DNA from: Felis catus
Lineage: Eukaryota
Length of the DNA: 64,000 nt
Direction: 5' to 3'
NCBI RefSeq assembly: GCF_018350175.1
Contig: NC_058368.1
Span: forward strand, 39,558,001 to 39,622,000
How positions within the stretch are numbered: the stretch's first letter is position 1; every line of letters starts with the position of its first letter. Both the position numbers and the translations under genes were made by a program. Positions 26,533 to 38,498 of the stretch are shown here, piece by piece. The notes under the pieces are model-generated. The model did no database searches and was not told where the DNA came from. It saw only the letters and a list, made by a program, of their open reading frames with translations.

Positions 26533-26754
26533 TTTTTTTTAATTTTTTTTTCAACATTTATTTATTTTGGGGACAGAGAGAGACAGAACATGAACGGGGG
26601 AGGGGCAGAGAGAGAGGGAGACACAGAATCGGAAACAGGCTCCAGGCTCTGAGCCATCAGCCCAGAGCCCGACGCGGGGCTCAAACTCACGGACCGCGAG
26701 ATCGTGACCTGGCTGAAGTCGGACGCTTAACCGACTGCGCCACCCAGGCGCCCC
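26533..26754 (-). mobile_element. Very young Can-SINE (SINEC_Fc-type)
   Basis: Nearly all CpGs intact (gacgcgggg, ggaccgcgagatcg, gtcggacgc, ccgactgcgc). Perfect TSD taaggaaatatttat at 26518-26532 and 26756-26770. Confidence 0.98.
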
Positions 26755-27771
26755 TTAAGGAAATATTTATAAGGAAGTGTTCCCGAGACCAAGGCAGCAT
26801 AAAATGCTAAAATAACCCCTGGAAGACTGAGAATGTTTGGGACTGAGAAATACATTCTATTCATTTGTTATTGTTTGTTATAACATAGCTAGCCTATCCT
26901 GACCAGTGTACATGACATCAGAGTAAATTCATGATTAATACATTTATCTCAGTTCATGTGTTGCAATTAAATCAATAGTCAAATTCCACTTAACAGTTAA
27001 TCACAGATTTGCACATATCCTTGTCTTCTATTTTGTTTTCAGTGTTAATTTTTTCCCCTAGGCTAATCTTTTTCACATGTGCATGATATTATATTTAGAG
27101 GAATAAACAAAATAGTATCTTTTTAAAAAATTATCTGTCCTTTGCAAAGAAATAAAATCACTCTCTATAATCTTTCCTACTTTATAATCCATGATGAAGC
27201 ATAAAAAACATGAAATTCTCTAAAATGTAACTGTCAGAGGAAAGAATTGACATATGTCTCATTAAATAACTAAGATACAATGGTTTCAAATATATGTAGT
27301 TATTACATATTAGTAGCTACAATTATACCTCATATACATTATACCTCATATATATCTAGTATATTTATAATATATATATAGCTCTCAAATAATTTTGTTA
27401 AAATGATGCTTCACATATAGTAAATTAGGCCTTCTTATGTTTTTAACAAATTTTTATTAGAATTACATAGTTTGGCACGTATGTATTAAGAAAGTCAATA
27501 GAGTTTTATTTTTATAGACCTGTTTTTTATTTTTTAGGTAAACATAAATATTATACCAAGATAGAGATATACCTGCTTTATTTCAGGTATAAATGATTTC
27601 TTTTTTTAATATTTTCAATCTTTTCTGTAAGTTACAGAATTTATAACATTCAAAATGGAAATCATATGATTATAGATAAAATAAATATATTTTTTAGAAG
27701 TTGTTAGGGTAATTTTAAACAAAATTATGCTTTATCTTTTATGTAAGTATGATTTTTCTTGCTTGAATTTT

Positions 27772-27960
27772 TTATTTTATTTTTATTTATTTATTTTTAG
27801 AGTTTATTTATTTTGAGAGAGAGAGAGGGTGTGAGAGAGAATCCCAAGTAGGCTCGCACTGTCAGTACAGAGACTGATATGGGGCTTGAACTCACAAACC
27901 ATGAGTTCACGACCTGAACCAAAGTCTGACACTTAACTGACTGAGCCACCCAGGTTTCCC
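27772..27960 (-). mobile_element. Can-SINE
   Basis: Reverse head 'gagccacccaggtttccc'. TSD tcttgcttgaa at 27757-27767 and 27961-27971. Confidence 0.95.
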
Positions 27961-28480
27961 TCTTGCTTGAACTTTTCAAAGAAATTGAATACATGAAGCA
28001 AATAATAAAAGTTTTCCTATTAAATTCTGTTTACTTGTTTCTGATCAGTTCAATAACTGCTGTAAAGATAGGTTTCAAATGACCATTTTAAGATCTCCAA
28101 AAATTGAACCAGTCAGAAATATTTTGTGATTTATTTTACTATTGTTAAATTATAATACCTGCATGTTTAAAATTAAAATATTCACAATGTAATTCATAAT
28201 AACTGGTATACTTTCCCCAAACTGATACACACGTGCATACACGCATATCAACAAACACAGAGGGATGAGTTATTCTAGATCGCTGAATATTTTGATTAAT
28301 GCAAAGTTATGTGTGACATATATAGCAACTAATTTCAAATGATAAACACATAGAAGATAATCATGGTAAAATAATAATTTTCATGTGTTAATACTTTATG
28401 ACTACATTGTCACTAGCTCCCTAAAGTAATAAAAATATACTAGAAAATTGAAATTGCAAGAGATCTCAGAAAAAATTCTG

Positions 28481-28531
28481 AGTTAAACACTGAGTTTCAA
28501 GTAATAAGTTAAACATTGAGTATCAAGTAAT
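28481..28531. repeat. 26-bp tandem duplication (2 mismatches)
   Basis: agttaaacactgagtttcaagtaata followed by agttaaacattgagtatcaagtaat. Confidence 0.9.
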
Positions 28532-29002
28532 TTGAATGGTTCTATGGAATAAAAAGTGATTGGGCCACGTTATCAGACAGATCTGGGCTTGAATAACAGT
28601 ATCACTGCCTGTGGTTTAACCAAGTGTTCTCTTCTTTGTCATCTCTAGAAAGGGGGAAAATGGACCTACTTTAACAAGACATTTTATATAAGTGAGTTGC
28701 CATTAGTAAATTACCCAGGACTCACAAACTCTTCAATATCTTACAATCACTTATTAAAATAAACAAGCATTTACAGTGTTCCTGCTGCAGTCCAAGTACT
28801 GTGCTATTCAAGGCATATAAAAATAGTAGTGTAGAAAAGAAAAATGGACAAATAAGGAAATTGCTGCTTTTTTATTAATAACTAAGGTTAATAATGAAGA
28901 CCACCACTTTTGTTCATTGCTTCATTTATATTATGAAGCAGTTTTAAATTGCTAGTTTACCAAGTGCCTGTAACTGTTCATTTATTTAAAAATATTTTAT
29001 GC

Positions 29003-29232
29003 GGGGTGCCTGGGTGGCTCAGTCGGTTAAGCGTCCGACTTCAGCTCAGGTCACGATCTCGCGATCTCGCGGTTCGTGAGTTCGAGCCCCGCGTCGGGCT
29101 CTGGGCTGATGGCTCAGAGCCTGGAGCCTGCTTCCGATTCTGTGTCTCCCTCTCTCTCTGCTCCTCCCCCGTTCATGCTCTGTCTCTCTCTCTGTCTCAA
29201 AAATAAACGTTAAAAAAATTGTTTAAAAAAAA
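29003..29232 (+). mobile_element. Young Can-SINE with 8-bp internal duplication
   Basis: CpG-rich. Perfect TSD taaaaatattttatgc at 28987-29002 and 29233-29248. cgatctcg is duplicated at 29054-29069. Confidence 0.98.
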
Positions 29233-29369
29233 TAAAAATATTTTATGCATATACATATTCCAATCACTATGTTAGCTAATGGGAACACCAGTGTATGCAA
29301 ATAAGTAAGTAAGTAAGTAAATAAATAAATAAATAAATAATAAATTTGGCTTTAGATAATGGCACTTAC

Positions 29370-29740
29370 TGTCTGTCTGGCTTTGTTGAAGTCAGCCAGA
29401 GGGTCAGCTGCAGATTGGTTTTGCTAATCTTGGCTGGGCTTTTTTATGTAACACGACAGAGATGAAACAGTAGACTCAAGTCGGCTCCACATGGTTTTTT
29501 ATGCTCCAGCAGTCCTAACTAGGGCTTATTTATAAGCAGTCTTCAGGGAGTCCAAAACAAAGAGCAGAAATCCGCAAGGTAACTTAAGGAATAGGCTCAG
29601 AACGAACACACTCACTTTTGCACACTTGGCTGACCAAAGCACATTACAAGGCCAGTGCTGTGAGGGTGGAGTAGACTCAATTTGTTGGGAGGATTTCCAA
29701 AGTCACTTTGCAAGGCAAAGCAAATAATTGCAGCCATTAG
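29370..29740. mobile_element. Old MaLR LTR (MLT1-like)
   Basis: 'aatcttggctgggct', 'ggctccacatgg...ctccagcag' and 'aggctcagaac...cacttttgcacacttgg...caaagcacattacaaggccag'. Confidence 0.6.
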
Positions 29741-30659
29741 TTTTCAAAATATTAAACGTTACAGTTGACACTGACATTAATGAATCATGGAAACAAATGT
29801 ATACTTTGAATACACATAATAATGGTTTTCCATTTCATCATTTGAAATCTAAGGCCTTACCGTGAGCACTGAAATTAAATGGGTTAAAATTTACAAATGC
29901 TGTGCATTTTGTGTAATTAATTTCTCAGTATAGTAAATACAACAAATGTCTGGGGGAACTATAAAAAATTGATAGGTACATCTCCAGGCCTGCTTTTTAT
30001 TTTCCACAACATTATGCACCAAACCCAAGTACTCATTCTTCCTCTAATGGGCCTGGTGATTTCTCTCATTATTGCCTGACTTATGTTCTTCCTCATCTCC
30101 ATAATGCATGGTGCTGTATCAGCATAGCCAAGTCTTCCCCAGCCATCACATATTATTTCAAATTCTGTTTTTTCCATGACAAAATCTCATGTCCACACTC
30201 TCAATTGGACCTCTCTTTAATTTTCATCGACTATTAATTTATATAGCATATGATATGAAATCACTTTAATTTCAAATGTAATTTTTATGTATGTATCTTC
30301 TCTTTGCTACTAAACAGGGAGGTTCTTAGTAGAAAGGAATATACTCACCAACCATATATCACTAAAATAACAGAAAAGTAATTTATAAAAATCCTTAAAG
30401 ACCTAAAAAGATAAGAGCATTAGTCAAAGAGGCAGAAGTTCAATATTTCAATATAATTTTCAAAGCTGAACAGTATATGCAGCGAAATAAATGATTTAGG
30501 AGAATGGGATAAGCAGGCTAGGAAATGTCTACAGAGGTGCAGAGGGAGACTTTAATAGAAATAAACCAGAATCTCACCCCCTTAACCCAACACAGATAGA
30601 ACTCCAGACAAATTAGGAAGTGGAGACATGAGGTACTTGGGGCTTCAAGGCTGACACAA

Positions 30660-30790
30660 ACCTCATTATTATCTCAATTTAACAGATGACAGTGACTTTG
30701 AAGAGGTTAAGTAATTGCCTAAGGCTTCACACAACTATTAATTCATGAGACTTGTATTAGATCCCCAAACTCAACATCTTGACTTACATT
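30660..30790 (-). mobile_element. MIR fragment
   Basis: 'tttaacagatgacagtgactttgaagaggttaagtaattgcctaaggc'. Confidence 0.65.
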
Positions 30791-31060
30791 TAAGAAAACC
30801 TTTCTTTTATTTAAAACTTGCATTCCATTCATAGCCAAATCCTGTTAATTTTATTTAAACAACCTGCTTAAAATACATTCTTTACAATCCTCTATTTCTG
30901 TTCCGAACTTTTTTATATATTCGATTATAATACACTTATGACAACAACAACAACAAGATGGAAGGGATTTAGAATGAGGATAAAATCTGTATGATCTAAA
31001 CAAGTTAATTAATCATTATGATAATCAGTTTATTCATCTGTAGAATGGTGAAAATGAATC

Positions 31061-31443
31061 TGTTATGGACCAAAAGTTTGGGCCTTCCACCTATTTCATA
31101 TGTTGAACCCTGACCCCCTTAGGACAGTATTTGGAGATGGGGCCATTGAGGGGTAATTAGAGTTAGATGAGGTCGTGGGGGTGGAGCCCTCATGATGGGA
31201 TTAGTGCCCTGGTAAGAAGTGACTCCAAAAAGCTTCTGTTCCTCCACTCCCAAACAGAAGACGTCACACAGAGTGAAGGCAGTGCCCTCTGCAATCCAGG
31301 GAGATAGTTCTCACCAGAACCAGATCGTGCTGACATCCTAATCTTGGATTCCTAGTCTTTAGAACTCTAAGAAAATAAATTTATCTTCTTTAAACCACCT
31401 AGTCTGTGATATTTATGTAAGGCAGCCTAATTTGACTCATACA
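31061..31443 (+). mobile_element. MaLR solo LTR (MLT1A-like), near full length
   Basis: TG start 'tgttatggac', 'gtatttggagatgggg...ttagatgaggtc...ggagccctcatgatgggattagtgccct', AATAAA, and end 'gactcataca'. Confidence 0.88.
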
Positions 31444-31462
31444 GAAATATAATACATATATT

Positions 31463-32254
31463 TGTCCCTGCAAAACAAACAACACACACCCCCACTTTTT
31501 TTTAATTATAAAGAGAATGGGAAAGAGTTTTATTCGAGCCCAAGTTAGGACAGCTGCCCAGGATACACATTCTTCACCAAAAAGAGAGTGCTCTGGGGAA
31601 GTAACATATGGTACAGGGTTAAATATGCTTGTTTTTTTTGTCTTTTTTTTTTTTTTTTTTACATAAAGAGTTACAAATCTTCATGATGAAGGACATTCCA
31701 GAAAATTACAGACTTTATCCTATATTTTTAATATGTACAAGCCTGTGTGACTTTAATCTTTTGGGAGCCACGGACGTTGCTTTGTTTTTCTTTATGTTTG
31801 GCAAATTTAAAAAAAAAATTTAATGTTTATTCATTTACTCTGAGAGAGAAAGAGTGAGAGCTGTGCACGTGCACACCCACATGAGTAGGGGAGGGTCAGA
31901 GAGAGAGGGAGAGAGAGAGAAAGAGAGAATCCCAAGCAGGCGCAACACTGTCAGCTCAGAGCCCCACACTTGCTGTATCCCACCAACTGCAAGATCATGA
32001 CCTGAGCCAAAATCAGGAGTCAGATGCCTAATCAACTGAGCCACCCAGGTGCCCCTAAAATTTATTTTATTTTATTCTTTGTATTTTTATTTATTTTTAA
32101 TGAAGCAGACATACAATGTATTTTCAGGACAGAAATACAGCCCATGCTTTGAGGTTTCGCCAAATCATTTTGACCTTGGTAAATGTTAAAGTACAGCTTC
32201 CCTGGGAGTCAAAGATCAGGGCCCATAAATGTTAAGAGTTGAAAATTGGTTATA
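31463..32254 (-). mobile_element. ERV solo LTR, family undetermined (copy 2), interrupted by a SINE
   Basis: Reverse-complement homology to 24794-25278, e.g. 'aagagttacaaatcttcatgatgaagga...cagaaaattacagactttatc' and 'aaagtacagcttccctgggag...cagggccca'. AATAAA on the minus strand near 31529. Confidence 0.65.
31810..32056 (-). mobile_element. Can-SINE nested in LTR
   Basis: Reverse head 'gagccacccaggtgcccc'. Short TSD aaattta. Confidence 0.95.
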
Positions 32255-33169
32255 AGAATTAATTGAGATATCATTCCAAAAGCATTGTAACAAATGTATA
32301 GTAATTAATTTTATTTATTCTCTCACAGATAACTTTATACTCAGTATTCTGAGATAGCTCCCCCTTATGATATCTGTTATCTGCCCAAAAGTTTTCAATG
32401 GCAACCTACCGCCCAAGGAAGAATCCAACTTTTAATGGCTGGTAGGGCACACCAGGTGAGTTAACAGGTTTGAATACTGCAGTCTATAGGGCTATTTTTA
32501 GTACAAAATAGGCAATTATAGAGTTAGTGGTTTCCATACAGGAGGAGAGTTCTAATTTAATAAAAAAAATTACCTATTTTCCTCTCTCTAAGCATATGAA
32601 GCCAAGCTATAACCTCAAATCTATTGCCAGGGTAGGTGCAGAGAGAAGACCTTCCTGGATTAATAAAAAAGTATTTGCAGTAACATAACCAATTCCAAAC
32701 TATTTTGTTTTTACGTTTAACCCAAGTTTTATGTAAAAGAAGTTTTTGAAGTGCATGTAAAATAAGTTCCATCCATCTTAAAAGCAAATATCTCAGTTCT
32801 TAGAAAATAATATTGGAATACTAAAATATATTATGAAATATTTAAAATATGTATATATATTTATTGTAATTGAAATGATATTTTAATATATAAAGGAAAA
32901 AACTGAAATAATATGGAGGGAAAGTAAATAATAGGCTCTTATTTTTTATTATATGTTTCCAATTCTTTATTTATATATTCTTGGAAACAAAACTCTATTT
33001 ATTTGATTCAAGTTTCATATAAATTTTTTTTCCCTTTTTTCATCTGGGAAGAGCTTACAAAATTGTCCTGTGAGAGCTTTATTTTTGAAGATGTGAGAAA
33101 GTACTCTGATGAGGAAATTTTAGCCTGTGGAGCATAATCATCAAGGCTGCAGATTCCAGTATAAACTAC

Positions 33170-33335
33170 ACAAATACTAGCTCTGTGACTGTGGGAAATC
33201 ATTAAAGGTGTTATCTCCATTTTATCCTGTATAAAATAGAGGTTAAATTAGTATTTATTACTTACAATTCAGTGAGAGTTTATATGTAAAGCCCTTTGGG
33301 CTGTACCTACATGTGGTAACATGGCAATAAATGTT
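33170..33335 (+). mobile_element. MIR fragment
   Basis: 'tactagctctgtgactgtgggaaatcattaa...ctccattttatcctgtataaaatag'. Confidence 0.6.
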
Positions 33336-33509
33336 TACCTAGTGAAAAGTAATGGAATGACTCCATAGACATGTCCATTCTCACTTTAGTTAAATGTAAA
33401 AGCACATTTATTCATCAAAAGGTAGGAAATCCTAAGAATTTTCAAAATATGTAAAATAAAGTCAAAGTCAAAGTAGAGATGTAGAAACAGTCCTTTGTGT
33501 TCAAAGGCG

Positions 33510-33975
33510 TTGTTTTAGTTATCTGTTGCGGTGAAATAAATCACACTAAAACTTAGCGGCTTACAAAATTTTCTCCTGATTTTCAGTATGGACTGGGATT
33601 TTCAGCTGAACTGATCAGCTTTAATCCTAGTATTGTAATGGTCACTTGTTCAGCGGGTGGGTGGACTGTGCTCAGCTAAGACTTAGGGATGTATGAACCT
33701 TTCTTCTCTTCCGTGTTTTCTTTTCCACCTTGTGTCTCCCCATGGCCTCACCCACAGGGTAGCCAGACCAATTATGTACGGGTTCATGCATTCCTAGAGC
33801 ACAAGAGCAGAAGCTCCTACGTCTTAGGTCTGACACTTGAACAATATCACTCTTGTAATGTTCTGACTCAGCAAACCACAGCCCAACCAGAGCTTGTATG
33901 ACAACAATCTATAAAGGGGCTTAACTATCAGGATATGCAGCTCATTGGCAGCCACTAAAATAATAATGTGCCGCA
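33510..33975. mobile_element. Old MaLR LTR (MLT1-like)
   Basis: 'tagttatctgttgcggtgaaataaatcacactaaaacttagcggctta' start and 'gtctccccatggcctc...cagggtagccagac'. Confidence 0.6.
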
Positions 33976-35279
33976 GACATACTGAAAGGGCGGTAAATTT
34001 ATAAAGTCAATCAATGAATCATAGGTATCACCTCAGGCACTACTTGGGGGAATTCTTGTTATTGTCAGATTTTTTTACATCATTACATAAACCTGATATG
34101 TCATCTTAGTTGCCTTAAAAATCTCTCTGAAATATAATTTTTTATTAAAAGAATAAAAAAACTTGTACAAAGTAAATTTGAATACTAATTAAGTTGAAAA
34201 AGTTAATATATAAACTTTAAAGTATATGTTATAGATACTTTGTAAAGTGTATAAAAAATGAACTATATTCTATCTTATAAATGTATAAAATGAATTATAT
34301 TATACCTTATAAAGGTAAAATGAAACTTCAATGAGCAAAGCCATGCAGATTTTTCCACTGCTAGAAAACAAATATTATCAGTTATTAATGTTTATAAATT
34401 GAGAAATGTCTTCTTATCCATTGGCTGATGAAATCTCCCTCAAAATTCTGTATTGCATTATATTACTTGCATTTAACAAATTAAAAAAGTGAACTCAGTT
34501 CTAAAGATTACATGGGATAGCAGACCTGATATTATTAAAGACTGTCCTACAGCATACAGATAATGGATAATAACATCAAAATATATGTTTTAATGCATTA
34601 CTGAAATTGCCAAAAGCAAGAGAAAGAAGAGGAAGGAGAAGGAGGGGGAAGGGGAGCAGGAAAAGGTAAGAGATGGCAGATAAGGAAAAAGATAAAGAAT
34701 GAGCTGAAACCTGAAAGGTTACCAGTAATTATTAATTGATTAATTAATTAATTGAATAAATACTTATCAATCATCTATTATTTTCCTACATACTATTCCA
34801 GACACTGAGGATCTATTGGTAGGAAAAAAAGATAAGGATCCCTGCTCCCATATACTTTATATTTTAGTGAGGACAAACAAGCATTAAATACACAAATAAG
34901 TAAAACATATAATATGCCAACAGAGGTTCATCTTGGCTAACACATTAGTGTAGCAATCTACAATCTTCACATACCAATGCAAAGCTTGTTGGCCTGACCT
35001 TTTGAAAGCCAAAGAGTGCACTTTAAACCTATTTGACAAAATGCAAGGACAAGATCTATAAATACTGACAGGAAAGAAAAAAAGGTTAACTTTTTTCAAT
35101 TCTTGTTAGACAAACTACACAAAGAAATGATTCATATTAATAATAAAACAAATAGTTTCTAAAAAAAGTGTAATAAACAGCCCTGCAACATGACACATAA
35201 TTTATAATATACTACATTTCGAAGGAAGTATTTATTCCCATTTTTCAAATGAAGATTATGCAGAAAAAAACAGCAGGTC

Positions 35280-35766
35280 TGAGATTATCCTCAGAAGGAA
35301 CTGCTTGTGAGGCTGTTTGTTAGCTGGAATCTGGGGAACTTGGATTTCGAGGGAGTTCACCATTCTCAGAACTCATGAGGGGCTCATTGTACTTAAACTG
35401 TGTATGCAAACAATACGGTTTACATTGAATACTAATTTATCATCTGAGAGTCTGCAATTTTGGTATGTGCAAAGTAGGACACATGTGCATTGAATAATGA
35501 GCTTTGTTGGTAGACAATATTTCACATGTTACAACTCACTGTTAGAGGAAATGGGCAAGTCTTGTGTGACTCCACTGGAAAAGGACTCTTGGAAGCTTAT
35601 ACCTGGTTTCCTCAGGAATTTGTCTCGTGTACCTTCTCCCTTTGTGTTTGATTTGTACCCTCTTGCTGCAATTAGTCGTAACCATGCATGTGAGTGCATG
35701 CTGAGTCTGGTGAGTTCTTTTAGAAAATTCCCAAACCTGAGGTTGATCCTGGGGACCACTGACACA
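35280..35766 (+). mobile_element. ERVL-class LTR (MER21-like)
   Basis: 'tgtgtgactccactggaaaaggactcttggaagcttatacctggtttcctc...atgctgagtctggtgagttct...ctggggaccactgacaca' resembles the MER21 3' half. Confidence 0.7.
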
Positions 35767-36487
35767 AAGACTCTGAGAGCTGAACTTATTTGTCCTTCCC
35801 CATGGTATCTGATTTCAAAGATTTCAATATGAAAACTCCTAGTCAACTGAGAAAATAGGAAATAATACTGAACAGAGTGATGGTAATATTACTCTGAAGG
35901 AGAAAAACTAAGATTCTTACCAGAAGCAAGGTCATATCTATCATATACCTATTTCTCTGTAGCAAATTTTTATTAAAAGAGTTTCTATCAATGAGGTAGA
36001 CAACCATATCAATAAGTTATTATTTAAAAATCACAAGTCACCATCCCTCTTTCCTCACTTTCTCCAGAGTATTTAAAGAATTTTTAAGAGGAACTTAGCA
36101 GGTCCTGTTCCTGATTAATATAAAATGTAACTTCAGAAAAAGCAAAGACCTTTTGCTTCTTGGTCTTCTCTTTTTAGTTTTCTAAAGAAATTCTCTGTAA
36201 ACAGGAATAGGGAAGAGGATATGATGTAATCTTAGCTTCATGCTCAATGAAACACTTTCTTTCACTCCATTTTCTTCTTGAATCTGTTTCTCTAGACAAC
36301 ATTTACCTCTATTTTATCCAAAGTCATTCATCTTCCCAGTATGCTAAGCTTGCATAGCCCTTTGTGTTGTGACCTACTGATATCGGCTAATCTCTGTAAA
36401 TACAGAGATCAGAGGAATGGAGCTGTGCTGGCAAGACCCAATGTCAGCCGACTACCCATGGCACCTACTTAAGAATATCAGGTCTCA

Positions 36488-36622
36488 TGGGGGTTGGGAG
36501 GGCACTTGTAATGACCACCTGGTGTTGTATGGAGGTGTTGAATACCTATATTGTGTACCTGAAATGGATATTACACTGTATGGTAATTAACTGGAATTCA
36601 AATAAAAATTTAAAAAAAGAAA
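36488..36622 (+). mobile_element. Very short 5'-truncated L1 3' tip
   Basis: 'gagggcacttgtaatgaccacctggtgttgtatgg...tacactgtatggtaattaactggaatt' plus A tail. TSD aagaat(a/g)tcaggtctca at 36471-36487 and 36623-36639. Confidence 0.85.
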
Positions 36623-37816
36623 AAGAATGTCAGGTCTCAGTAAATGCACTAATTGTATTGTATACTTGTGCTCTGGATGTCTGTGTGTCGAGGAGGATAT
36701 AAGGGTGAAAGGAAACATGAAAATAATCTGTGGAAGAGGGAGATTAGTGAGAGTATGAGGAAAGTGAAATAAAAGAGAAAAAGAAACTTCTGCTTTGGAA
36801 TTTGTCCTTGGACTAATTTCACCTCCTGTATGCTCATTTTGTCAATGATTAAAGAAGGTCTTTGATAATTAAATAACTATGGCCTAACAACTTAAATTAA
36901 AACTTGTTGACAGTTTAATATTTACTTTCAATTATGATTTATATAATTCTTCGTTAAACAAATATTTGTAATGTAACTACATTTTGCTAGGTATTAAAGA
37001 ATACACTATTCAGCAGATAATATAATTCTCTTAACCATGTATTAACTTTAAAGAATTAAATATATCATTTCAACATAAATTATTTGACTGTTACTAAAGC
37101 AGTCTCAGAAAAGTGTTTTGTTTTTTCTGGTGAATATCGGTGAAGAGAAAAGTGACCTTTTCCTCATGAGAAAATTAACAATATATATTTTTATTTCATG
37201 TTATGTTTTTAGTATGCTAAAACAGCATTTTTGAGAAGCAGTTTCTTTCTTTATGAAATGCGGAAATAAAGATGAATGATGTGAGAGTTTATAATTAAGA
37301 TGACCTTGACTTAAAGTTATTAAGTAAGTGTTGAATTGTGTTCAGAAATTAAGACATAATACCAGGTCCTTGGATTAGGAGTGTTTGCAATCATTCATTA
37401 TTCCATAATTGAGGTCACTGGACTTATAAAATGTACTATGTCAAAATTAATTCAGTAATTCATATCCAAAGTCCTTTATGCACTTAGAAGCTTGAATTAA
37501 AGTCTGTAAATTAACAACAAAAAATTTTGTTTACTTTCTTGGTTTTTCCTATAGCATTAATGCTATCTAAAACTTTATATCATTAAAACATATATTCTTA
37601 CTTCTTGAAAGTTTTTGAGTATTATATTTGTATGTGTTAATGCAAATATATGAATTGTAAGGTTGAATATTAAACTCAGCTAGCATTTGAAGGACAAGAT
37701 TAAATTATTCTGATAACTATTTATGATAATTTTACTCTTTGGCTATTGCAATTATAGAAAATAATTAGTTTAATTAAATCATTTTTATTTATAAACAAAG
37801 TATGGGATGATATTTT

Positions 37817-37888
37817 TTTTCCTATGCTGTGCTTTTTATTCCCATGACTTATTCATTCCATAACTGGAAGCCTGTATGCCCCACTCAG
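37817..37888 (-). mobile_element. L1 3' UTR fragment (carnivore-type)
   Basis: 'cctatgctgtgctttttattcccatgacttattcattccataactggaagcctgta', also similar to 6728-6780 in this window. Confidence 0.65.
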
Positions 37889-38269
37889 TAAAGGAAATTT
37901 TTATGTCTTCTACTTTGTACTCAATTAAATTATGCATAATGGTTTTAAAAATTATGAACTAGTGTTAAAATAATGTGCTAATAAACCTTTTGATAAAGCC
38001 TTTATTGTTATTTATTATTTTATATAGTTATTAAAATATTCTTGCTCATTCTTATTTGATTAAAAAAACCCTTTAGACATGATTATAAATTTTACAAACA
38101 CTGTGTTATATAGTAAACTTTGGTAACATTAGCAGCTTTAGTAAACTCAGAATATGTCAAATATAAGCTAACATACTGGGTTGACTGGGAAAATTATCAC
38201 TTTCTCTAATCATCCATATGCATGCAGTTTGCAGTGTGACTGCAAACCCTCCCATCAAAAAACGGAATC

Positions 38270-38498
38270 GGGGCGCCTGGGTGGCTCAGTCGGTTAAGCG
38301 GCCGACTTCGGCTCAGGTCATGATCTCGCGGTCCGTGATTTCGAGCCCCGCGTCAGGCTCTGTGCTGACAGCTCAGAGCCTGGAGCCTGTTTCAGATTCT
38401 GTGTCTCCCTCTCTCTGACCCTCCCCCATTCATGCTCTGTCTCTCTCTGTCTCAAAAATAAATAGACGTTAAAAAATTAAAAAACAAACAAACAAACA
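38270..38498 (+). mobile_element. Young Can-SINE
   Basis: GGGGCGCCTGGGTGGCTCAGTCGGTTAAGCG head, CpG-rich. TSD aaaaaacggaatc at 38257-38269 and 38499-38511. Confidence 0.98.

Noticed and set aside
28949..29206. ORFs of the 'GVPGWLSRLSVRLQLRS...' and 'RGAWVAQSVKRPTSAQV...' type (also at 38218, 40174, 58782 and others)
   Set aside because: Read-through translations of Can-SINE sequence, a known source of spurious protein predictions.
24794..32254. Intact or degraded provirus between two LTRs
   Set aside because: The LTRs are inverted rather than direct, are substantially diverged from each other, and enclose no gag/pol/env-like sequence or primer-binding site.
38227..38247. 9-bp hairpin gtttgcagt-gtg-actgcaaac (also 8-bp stems near 15592 and 61968)
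   Set aside because: Stems this short are expected by chance in 64 kb. No supporting context.
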